Translations under genes and position numbers: made by a program
Origin: Eledone cirrhosa
Taxonomy: Eukaryota
Length of the DNA stretch: 64,000 nucleotides
Direction: 5' to 3'
Assembly: GCA_964016885.1 (NCBI GenBank)
Contig: OZ024751.1
Span: forward strand, 3,844,001-3,908,000
Part shown: piece after piece, positions 12,674 through 23,500 of the stretch
Position numbering within the stretch: position 1 is the stretch's first letter
Layout: every line of letters begins with the position of its first letter
The notes under the pieces: model-generated
What the model saw: the letters and a program-made list of their open reading frames with translations, nothing else
The model's database searches: none
Told to the model about the DNA's origin: nothing

Positions 12674-12714
12674 TGGTGACCCCGACGTGATTCGAACACG
12701 CAACCTTCTGATCT
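12674..12714 (-). pseudogene. 3' half of tRNA-Trp with encoded CCA (or an extended tRNA-Trp primer-binding site on +)
   Basis: Reverse complement AGATCAGAAGGTTGCGTGTTCGAATCACGTCGGGGTCACCA matches metazoan tRNA-Trp from the anticodon loop to the CCA end; the 5' half is absent. Confidence 0.85.
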
Positions 12715-12985
12715 ATGTTTAGCATCTCCCAAGGGGTTGGTTTGCCGGGTGTAAACAACTAACCACGGTTTGTCCCAGAGGCGGGAAAGCTCAGATTCGG
12801 TTTCGAATCTTCGCCGCCGTTATATATGTATGTCAGTATGTATGTGTTTATTCCACATAAACGGTGATGGAAACGAGGAGGGGACACAGAGGAACGATAT
12901 TCCCCTGCTTTTCCATTCACCTCTCCCACCCTCTTCCTTCCAAACCCCAGCCTCACGGTCCTTAGCCTACCCCTAGTATCCAATG

Positions 12986-13107
12986 CAGTCATGGCCAAAC
13001 TGCACACCTAATTTTAGAATTGCCTCGACATTTTTAGTAGTGCGACCCACCTTATGAAGTGCCACATCTTATGCGGGCCACTACTCAAAAAAGTTTGCCT
13101 ATGCCTG
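12986..13107. mobile_element. Short hAT-like MITE
   Basis: Imperfect TIRs CAGTCATGGCCAAACT / AGTTTGCCTATGCCTG. Confidence 0.45.
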
Positions 13108-13235
13108 TTCTTAAACCTATTCCCCTCACAGAACACAAATTAATACACATCTAGGGTTAACATTGTCTTGTGATAAGTAAATACAGATTTTGAATATATT
13201 TTACCTGGAAATTTGATATTGAAAATTTTCAGGTA

Positions 13236-13556
13236 CACTCGGGTCTCGAATAATCGTCAACTTATTAAATTTTGCAATCTATCTCCGGCGAAATTAGCAT
13301 TCCTTCGATATTTAATTTTCTTTGGATATTAAAAACCATTATACATGACAAAAAAAGTACATTACTAGAAATCCCATACATTATATAATAAATAGGATGG
13401 GTTGGGGTCTCAATATGTAAACTAAACGACTAATTCTGGGGTTTTTTTAAATCAACGGAGAAAACCTAGAAAAATTACCAATTTTCCACTCCCAACCCCA
13501 CTTATTCCAACTCACCTGCTTATTCCACCCCTCCCTAATAATTTGGGACCTGAGAG
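13236..13556. mobile_element. Tc1/mariner-pogo-like MITE
   Basis: TA flanks and imperfect TIRs CACTCGGGTCTCGAAT / ATTTGGGACCTGAGAG. Confidence 0.5.
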
Positions 13557-13737
13557 TAACATTTCCAAAATCTAAAATTAAATTTAGAAAAAAAAACTCT
13601 GAACAGAAAATGTCTAAAACAGGTTTATTAAATCAAATGTGTGTAGTATATTTACTTGAGGAAAGATCGTTGCAAAATAATTGTAATATCAGAGTAAAGA
13701 ATTTCATTTTGTTCGTTTGTTTGTTTATGCTGTCATG

Positions 13738-13888
13738 GACGGCGAATTGGCAGAGTCGTTAGAACGTCGGATAGAATGCTTTATGGTATTCGTTCCGGCT
13801 CTCTGAGTTGAAATCCCGCCGAGGTCAACTTTGCCTTTCATCCTTTCGAGGTTGATAAAAAAGTACCAGTCTAGTACTGGAGTCGATT
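13738..13888 (+). mobile_element. SINE family 1 copy
   Basis: tRNA-like head plus GCCTTTCATCCTTTCGAGGTTGATAAAA core. Confidence 0.8.
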
Positions 13889-14269
13889 CTTCCTCTATAT
13901 CTCTTTCTCATTTCCTCTCTCTTACTTTCTTCCTCTCTCTGGAAAAAAGCTGCTGTACTCAAGCCAGGAGATGGATTGGCTCCGCCAGGCTTAAAATGCC
14001 CAAGAATGCCCAAGTATGTCGATACGGCACCCCTACGACTCTATCAGGAGTCATGATGATATTTTGAAGTTTCGTGTGGTACAAGACATTAAGAGTTAAT
14101 TCATAAATGATAAATCCATTTATAGGCCACTCTGTACACAATCTTTGTCAAGGTGTTGTGTTATGTATAATATGGTCAGGGCTATGAATAGCTGCTAGGT
14201 GGAAATATATCAGGTGAAGAATATTTTAAAGTGAATAAATTTTCATGGATTACTGTTTTCTTTCGTCTT

Positions 14270-14489
14270 CTCAGTAGATGTGTGTTCTCTTGAAATATGA
14301 TTCAATTGGAGACCGAGGAGTAGACCCCGAGTAATATGGTTCGATACCATCCATAAGCTTGGCTGGTCTCCCTTGGGAATCTAGCAGGATCAGTTGGAGA
14401 TAGTTGCTTCTGACAGGACCCGCTGGAATGAGTGTTTGGGGACTCTTCCCCCACAACCCTTTCAGGAATAAGTGGACGAAGAAGAAAGA
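14270..14489 (+). mobile_element. RTE-clade LINE 3' fragment
   Basis: Encodes RPRSRPRVIWFDTIHKLGWSPLGI, similar to the 40.7 kb fragment; ends CAGGAATAAGTGGACGAAGAAGAA. Confidence 0.65.
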
Positions 14490-15860
14490 CCTGTAATGAG
14501 TTCACGGCGAAGGTATTTGTGCTCACCCAGAAGTGAGCTGAGTGCAAACTCTCCTTAAAAGGTCAAGCGGAGGTGGCGAACACTTACATAGCGTCCGTCA
14601 TCTACTACCGCTTGACAGTCGTGCCTTGTCTCCGTGATCACCTCGCCAAAATGGAACGTCTACTCTTCAAGTTCCTTTGAAAGAAACAGGCTCCATTAGT
14701 GAGGAGATTCATCTACTGCCAACACTCTTCTAACGGGAGCTGGGCATGCAGTGGCTGATGATGCGCAAACACGCACTGAGGCTACGACATCTCCGGGTAT
14801 TCCTGACCGGTGAACCAGTGTGGTCGTCGTTTGTGAGACAAGTTTTTCCACAACTCGTCTCGCTAACGGAGCTGCAGTCATGGGGCAAGCGAAGATTGAA
14901 AATGGGCGCCTAGCACCTCGAGTGCGTTCAGGCGCCCAAAGCCCTCTACCAAGCTGAAACGGCAATCAGCAGAGACTCCACTTCGACATTCTATAGGGGA
15001 TTAGTGGAGGAAAAGTGCGACGACGTTCTCGGGGTGACTTTAGGCATCAAAGAGGATGAACTGGCCAGTCTGTTCTGGAGGACTTTGCGTCCAGGACCTA
15101 TGGATAACTTCCAGAGGTCTCTGGCCTGGCAATGCTACCGAGGAGCTCTACCAATTTCGAGACAAGATCTACAGGCACGTACGCCCTGGCAGGGATCATA
15201 CCAAAAGGACCTGTCCAAAATGCGAGCAGGACATTGAAACCGTTCTGCTCGTAATTCAGTGTCCAGGGGTGGCCGACCCGTGGAACTATGTCAAACAGCT
15301 ACTGTCAAGTGTGGGACAAATCTATTGATAGCCGAGTCCATCGTGAGAATCCCCCGCCGCCTCATTTAAAAACTAAGGAGAGGAGGTTTTCCTCTGTCTG
15401 GTTGCTATGATGAAAGAGTTAATATGGTGGACGAGATTTAAAGGACTGAGGGCAAACACCTTCCTGTCCGGACAACAATTCATCCCCTTCTTTAAATACC
15501 ACTTCAGAAGGAAGGTGAGTGGAGAGAGAGGTGCTGCACCGTAGTAAATTCGCTGAAAGGTGGGTGAATGTGGAGAAAATGGCCTGAGTGATTGGGTCTT
15601 TTTGTATATAAACCTGTAGGTTAAAGAAGACAAAAGAGAGAAGACAGGAGAACTTACAAAGCATGCTCCTGGAGTTGAGGGTTGTTCTATCTACGAGATG
15701 TAAAACAACCCTGCAGTAACGTTTCCCCTGTTAGGGATTTCGATTATTATTTATTATTTTATAAATGTTAAAACTTTTGTTTACACGCTTAAATGTAAAA
15801 ACCCCGCCATATGTCCTGTAATGTCCCATTTCTTGTGCGCCCCTGTGCCAAATGAAGAAA
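14490..15860 (+). mobile_element. Tx1-like LINE copy A (5'-truncated, diverged)
   Basis: Homologous to the ORF2 C-terminus (AWQCYRGALP, CPKC zinc motif) and 3' UTR of copies B-E; followed by (CTAT)n at 15862-15886. Confidence 0.88.
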
Positions 15861-15890
15861 CCTATCTATCTATCTATCTATCTATCTCTC

Positions 15891-18800
15891 TGCCAGACGT
15901 GTGTAACTTCGCGGAGAAGTTTCCGTTAATTTATGTAAGAAAAACACGTGAGTTTTCAGTTAAATTTTATATTATTGTGTAACTTGACTCCCCGTCTGGA
16001 CCTTCAGGTGGTGGGTCAACTCATTTTTGCCCCTACGGGGGCGAAATATTCGTTTGAAAAATTTTTTCTCCATCGAATTTTGGAAATTATCTCGTAAGAA
16101 GTTTGATTACGTTATGAACGCTGCGTTCAACGATAATGGTGGTGGAGAGTCGGTAAGACTACAGAGCTCGCAGTCAACATCGTCTTCTTCCCTAGATACT
16201 ATGGAGATGGAAAGACGAAATGAAAATGTAAAAACAAATTCATACCCAAACAACACAAATGACACCAAACAGTTCAATGACAACAAAAATAACAACAACA
16301 CCAATAATGATGATAAAAACAACAATGACAACAACAACAAAGAAAAATATAAAGACAACACCAATAACACCAGCATCAAAGACAACAACACCACCAACAC
16401 CAAGGAAAATACGAATAATATAAACATCAGTGACAACTAGAATAACAACAACAATAACAACAATAATGACAACACCACCAACACGGATAATTCCATAAAG
16501 AAACCAAAATCTCCTTTGCACAGACATGTCACTTTCTAAAAAAAATGGTGCTTTCAGCATCAATTCTCCGGTAGAAATACGCAAGGAAACTGCTCTCAAA
16601 ACGATAGTTTTTAGGACAGTTTCCAATTCTACCCGAAAACCAGTCCAATTGTCACAGAAAGAAATTGAACTGGTTTTAAAAATTCAATGAATGATATTGT
16701 ATTCATTCAAAGAAGCAAACTCTTTGGGAGTATTTCGGTACTCATGAAGGATCAATTGACGGCCCAAAATTACTCTGTGTCGCCAATTGTATCCAACTTA
16801 TATACCTTTTTCCCTATATACATGGGAAAAAGGACACAAAAGATTAAAATCACGAGTGTCACACCAAAGGTGAACATATGGTGGATACTGTGCGGCTTCA
16901 TCAATTTTCATGTAAACAGAATACTGTCAGTAGGAAAGTCCCCCAGAGATGTATTCAATGGGACCAGCGTTGAAGTTCTGGTGCAAATGAGCCCAGAGCG
17001 AATAGCTGGATCCACAGCGAGCAACAGCTGGTCCCCATCTTCGATGACTTTGAGATCTACGCATCTCTCTGTCAACCGGGGTGGGTGCAGAGTTGCCGTT
17101 TTGCTGCGGAAACACCTGGGCCTCGTAACACAGACGGTACATCTGGACCCGGAGGGTCGACTGGTGGTCCTAGACGTTGACGGTAGTGAAGGTGGAGCCA
17201 TCAGGTAGGTGATCGCATATTCCCCATCCGGGACACCGCGGCCAGACTTCTTCAAACGTCTAGAGACATTTCTGGGAACGTCCCGCCCCTTGCTTTTAGT
17301 GGGGGACTGAAATGGAATCCTAGATGCACGTTGGGACTATGTGGGAGCATGTCCCGATAAAGGGGGGTGTAACAGCCTCAAACAGTTAATCGACCGATTT
17401 GACCTGGCCGATAGATATCGACTAGATTTTCCGACTGTGCCACTGTGGACGTGGACTAATCGCAGTGGAACATCTATATCGTACCTAGATAGGGTTCTAG
17501 TTAGAAATAAGGATAGGGACATGTTAAGCTGTCCACAAATATTCATGGTTGCCTATTCAGATCACAAACTAGTGACCTGCATGGCCAACCTTGTTAGAAC
17601 CCATAGACAAGGACCCGGCTACTGGAAGCTGAACTTGTCGTTACCGACAAACAAGGCCTACAGTAGACGGATTATCACTTTAGTTAAACAGCACTTGACA
17701 GGGGCCATTGTCAACAACAGATGGTGGTACTCTCTCAAGAGGGCAGTTAGATTAGACTCGTTAGTTTTTAGTAAAGAATTAGCGTTAGATAGAAATAGAA
17801 CCGAGAAGGAACTGGTAGATAAAGTAGAAGAGGCAATTAGAAGTGGCAACGTAGCTAGCGTGCTAGCAACGAGAACGGCCTTGGACCAGTTCTTCGACGC
17901 AAAGCACGAGGGCTTCGTTGTCAGAAGCAAAATACCTGCTCTGGGAAACGAGGGAGCCAAACCTGTTAGCTGGGCCCGAGTGACGGAGGCAAAAAGTGGC
18001 CAGAAGTCCACGATTCGGTATTTGAAGGACCAAAACGGACGCGTGATACGTGAGCCGAAGCAGATGTGTGCGGCCTTTCAGCGGCACTTTGCTCAACTGT
18101 TCGGGCGGGGCGGCGCGCCGGGAGGGGCTATGGATATAGGTCCATACCTCGACGGCCTACCTCGACTCTCGGACAGCGAGGCAAAGTTCTGCGAAAAGCC
18201 GATTTCAGCCGCTGAGATAGGGGACGCGCTGAGCCAATGCGGCAAACGCAAATCTCCAGGTCTCGACGGTCTACCCTGCGAATTTTACGTAGCAATGCCG
18301 GACTTATTCTCTAGTCTCCTGGAAGCGGTCTACTGCAACTGGCAACAGAACGGGAGAATTCCCAGTTCTGTAACCGGAGGCATACTCACACTAGTCAGGA
18401 AGGACGAGAATAAGGGGGATGAAATAGGCAACTTCCGGCCCATAACTCTGCTAAACACAGAGTTACAGATTTTGGCCAAGGTGTTGGCAAAGAGGCTAGC
18501 GCTTGTCGTCGAGAACCTGGTGGGAGAAGCGCAGACATGCGCAATCCCGACCAGGTCCATACACGACAACCTCCACCTCATGGGATACATCATAGAGAGG
18601 GTGTGGTGTAAACCCGGCTTCGGTGGGGCCCTGATCAACTTGGATCAGTATAAGGCTTTCGATAGGGTTGACCATCGTTACCTGGATGCGGTGCTCGAGG
18701 CGGCAGGCTTCAGACCCGTGTTCAGGGGCTGGATTGCTGCAATGCACAACAGCAACATCTGCTCAAGGGTGAAGGTGAACGGCTACCTCTCGGAGCCGTT

Positions 18801-20556
18801 CCATATTACGCGATCCATTCGACAGGGATGCCCTCTCTCCTCCCTTCTGTACGTACTGACTCTCGAGCCACTACTGAGGAAGTTGGAGCTATTGCAGGGC
18901 ATCCCTTTCAAGCCGGGACTGCGAAAAGCGGCGTCGGCCTACGCCGACGACGTGACAGTAATGGTGTCGAGCGCCTCGCAAATCGAGGAAGTCGGCACCT
19001 CACGGAGGGAATACGAAAGTTTCGCAGGAGCGAAGCTGAACCAGGACAGGTCCATCGGTTTGCAACTCGGATCGAGGAGAGGCAAACCGATGCCTTCCGA
19101 TTGCGTCGTCGGACGCTGGACGGAAGGATCGGTAAAGCTGCTCGGGGTCTGGTTTGGTCCGGACCTCCAGGTGGAGAAGAACTGGAACGAAGTGACGGCC
19201 AAGGTGTTTGCACTCACCCAGAAGTGGGCCGAGTGCAAACTATCCTTGAAAGGTCGAGCGGAGGTGGCGAACACTTTTATAGCGTCCGCCATCTAATACC
19301 GCTTGACCGTCGTGCCTTGTCCAGCCAAACCGCTCGCCAAAATGGAGCGCGCTCTTCCAATTCCTTTGGAAGAGGCGGGCTCCTTTGGCGAGAAGATCCA
19401 TCTGCTGCCAACACTCTTCTAACGGAGGGCTGGGGAAGCCGTGGTTGACGATGCGCAAACACGCGCTCAGGCTGCGGCATCTCTACGTATTCCTCACCGG
19501 ACAACCGGTGTGGGCCCCGTTCGTGAGGCGAGCCTTCCCACGACTCGTCTCGCTGACCGAGCTGCAGTCCTGGGTCAAGCAAAGACCGAGGATAATGGGC
19601 GACTGGCACATCGAATGTGCTCAGGCGCTCACAGCCCTCTGGCAGGTGGACTCGGCGATCAGTGGAGACTCCACTTCGTCATTCTATAGAGGGTTGATCC
19701 GCAGCAAGTGCGACGACGCGCTCGGTGAAACCTTAGGCGTAGAGGAAGAAGAACTGGCCAGTCTGTTCGGTAGGACCTTCCGCCCGGGACCGATGGACAA
19801 CTTCCAAAAGTCCCTGGCCTGGCAGTGCTACCGAGGTGCTCTACCAGTTCGAGACAAGCTCTACAGACATGGGCGCCAGGGCAGGGACCCTGCAAAAAAG
19901 ATCTGTCCGAGGTGCGTGCGAGACGAAGAAACCGCCGCGCACGCATTCATACACTGCCCGGACGTCACTGACCTGTGGGGCTATGTAGAACGATTATTGT
20001 CGCGGGTGGGACCAATCCGGTTGTCCACCGAGTCCATTGTCATGATCAAACCGCCACCGTCTTGAAAAACGAAGGAGAGGCGGTTTTCCTTTGTGTGATA
20101 GCTATGGCGAAAGAGGTTGTATGGTGGACAAGGTTGAAAGGGCTGAAGTCAGACACCTTTCTCTCCGGCCAACAATTTATTCTTTTTTTCAAATACCACT
20201 TTGGAAGAAGAATCCGGATGGGGAGAGAGGTGCTGTACCCCACCAAGTTTTATGAAAGGTGGGTGAAAGTGGCGAGAATGGCCCGAGTGAATGGGCCTTC
20301 TTTCTATATCAGCCTGTAGGTTGAGGAAAAGGAGGAGGAGAGGAAAGGAGTACAAACTCTTCGTACTCCTGGAGATGTGGGTTGCACATTTTTTCGGGGG
20401 TATGTGTTACCCATATGAACTGTCTCCCCCTATTGGGGAAAATCGACTAATTTTTTAAATTGCATTTGTGATAACATTTTACACGTTTTTATTGTATGTA
20501 AACTTCCCCCTTTCTATTTGTCCCTTTCTTTTGTGCCTCTGTGGCTAATAAAGAAA
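15891..20556 (+). mobile_element. Tx1-like LINE copy B (type-1 5' UTR, internal deletions)
   Basis: Asn-rich ORF1 remnant; ORF2 with APE endonuclease (YLDRVL, SDHK, GYWKLN), KSPGLDGL, NFRPITLLN, KAFDRVDH, RQGCPLS, AYADD; ends AATAAAGAAA then ATCT repeats. Confidence 0.95.
17341..19296 (+). pseudogene. Tx1-like ORF2 (endonuclease C-terminus plus RT), disrupted
   Basis: 651-aa ORF with RT motifs; in-frame stops on both sides and frameshifts downstream. Confidence 0.9.
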
Positions 20557-20572
20557 CATATCTATCTCTCTC

Positions 20573-23500
20573 TACCAGACGTGTGTAGCTTCGCGGAGAA
20601 GATTCCGTTAATTTATGTAAGAAAAAAACGTGAGTTTTCAGTTTAATTTTATATTATTGTGTAACTTGACCCTCCGTCTGGATCTTCAGGTGGTGGGTCA
20701 ACTCATTTTCGCCCCTACAAAGGCGGAATATTCGTTTGAAAAAATTTTTCTCCATCGAATTTTGGAAAAAATATCGTAAGAGGTTTGATTACGTTCAACG
20801 ATAATGGTGGTGGAGAGTCGGTAAGACTACAGAGCTCGCAGTCAACATCGTCTTCTTCCCTAGATACTATGGAGATGGAAAGACGAAATGAAAATGTAAA
20901 AACAAATTCATACCCAAACAACACAAATGACACCAAACAGTTCAATGACAACAAAAATAACAACAACACCAATAATGATGATAAAAACAACAATGACAAC
21001 AACAACAAAGAAAAATATAAAGACAACACCAATAACACCAGCATCAAAGACAACAACACCAACACCAAGGAAAATACGAATAATATCCATATCAGTGACA
21101 ACAAGAATACCAACAACAATAACAACAATAATGACAACACCACCAACACGGATAATTCCATAAAGAAACCAAAATCTCCTTTGCACAGACAGTTCAAAAA
21201 AAGGAGGAACTGACATATCTCGACCTAACAAATGCCGAACAACTTTTAAAGGACGCTAGGAGATATGTCACTTTCTAAAAAAATGGTGCTTTCAGCATCA
21301 ATTCTCCGGTACAAATTCGCAAGGAAACTGCTCTCAAAACGATAGTTTTTAGGACAGTTTCCAATTCTACCCGAAAACCAGTCCAATTGTCACAGAAAGA
21401 AATTGAACTGGTTTTCAAAAATTTAATTAATGATATTGTATTCATTCAAAGAAGCAAACTCTTTGGGAGTATTTCGGTACTCATGAAGGATCAATTGACG
21501 GCCCAAAATTACTCTGTGTCGCCAATTGTATCCAACCTGTATACCTTTTTCCCTACATACATGGGAAAAAGAACACAAAAGATTAAAATCACGAGTGTCA
21601 CACCAAAGGTGAACATATGGTGGATACTGTGCGGCTTCATCAATTTTGATGAAGCTGAATACTGTCAGTAGGAAAGTCCCCCAGAGATGTATTCAATGGG
21701 ACTAGCGTTGAAGTTCTGGTGCAAATGAGCCCAGAGCGAATAGCTATGATCCCACAACGTGTACGCCTGGACGGACTCACCTACATAAACTTTTCGGTTG
21801 AGGGTAGGCGGCCCTCATGTTACCATTGCTTTACCAGGGGTCACCTGAGGGCTTCCTGTCCTAAATTAATGAGTAAAAAAAAGGCTCTTCTGCCGACACC
21901 CATCAAAACAACACAACCACCAACACCACCACAACAACAACACCAACACACAAAAATAACCACAACAAACACAGTCGCACCCAACCCCACTCAACCTAAA
22001 ACCACTGCAAAATCACATACAGACACAACAGCTCCCCAAGACATACCCCTCCCCAATCACACAGACGATACAATAGATGAGGCTATCTCGCCATCACCCA
22101 GTAAAGACGAGGGAGAACCCCATCGCTCTCGAAAAGAAAGAAAAGATATCACAAAAGCAAAAAACCAGCAAACACTACCACAAACATACAACCACCAACA
22201 CAAACAACAAAAACATCACAAACAAAACCCCCACCTCCCGAAAACAAAATACCTACAACAAAACGAAAGCACACACAAGAACTACAGACAAAAACAAACA
22301 CAACACAAGAAAATTACACTTACACTTACATAAACACTGAAAACAAAACACTAATGGAGACCATCACGAACGACCCTTCGGTTTTCACCGAAGGGAAAAC
22401 TTTCGCCCACTCTATTAAAAATAACAAAAAACTGAACCTAAAACTGATTAGGGTCCCTATACAAACTTATAGGTCCCTAAAAGAAACATTTGAAAAGGAT
22501 GTGGGGAATTCCTGCGTGAAACCACTTAACCGCGTTCTTCTCAAATGTCTCCCCACCCCAGACACCCCCATCCCACCAGACCCCACCCCACCAAACATCT
22601 CTGTCCAACCCCGCCGGAAACCACCACCCACCCAGACAATCCCTCCAACACCCCCATGGAAATCGTGCAGCCTGGTCCCAAGGAGACGAAGGGTGAGTGA
22701 TCTCTTTTCCTCTTTTAACTTTTCAGCACCAACATGGCCAATATAAGAGTTGGATATGTGAACGTACGCGGCCTGGGGATACCGTGGAAACAGGGCAAAC
22801 TCTTAAACGACCTCGGGTCGCACAGTATGGATGTGGTAGCCATTTGCGAGTCCAGGATCCACAGCGAGCGACAGCTGGCCCCCATCTTCGATGAGTTTGA
22901 GATCTACGCATCTCTCTGTCAACCGGGGGGTGGGGCGGAGTTGCCGTTTTGCTGCGGAAACACCTGGGCCTCGTAACACAGACGGTATATCTGGACCCGG
23001 AGGGTCAACTGGTGGTCCTAGACGTTGACGGTAGTGAAGGTGGAGTCTTCAGGCTGGTGGCCGCATATGCCCCATCCGGGACACCACAGCCAGACTTCTT
23101 CAAACGTCTAGAGACTTTTCTGGAAACGTCCCGCTCCTTGCTTTTAGTGGGGGACTGGAATGGAATCCTAGATGCACGTTGGGACTATGTGGGAGCATGT
23201 CCCGATAAAGGGGGGTGTAACAGCCTCAAACATTTAATCGACCGATTTGACCTGGCCGATAGATATCGACTAGATTTTCCGACAGTGCCACTGTGGACGT
23301 GGACTAATCGCAGTGGAACATCTAGATCGTACCTAGATAGGGTTCTAGTTAGAAATAAGGATAGGGACATGTTAAGCTGTCCACAAATATTCATGGTTGC
23401 CTATTCAGATCACAAACTAGTGACCTGCATGGCCAACCTTGTTAGAACCCATAGACAAGGACCCGGCTACTGGAAGCTGAACTTGTCGTTACCGACAAAC

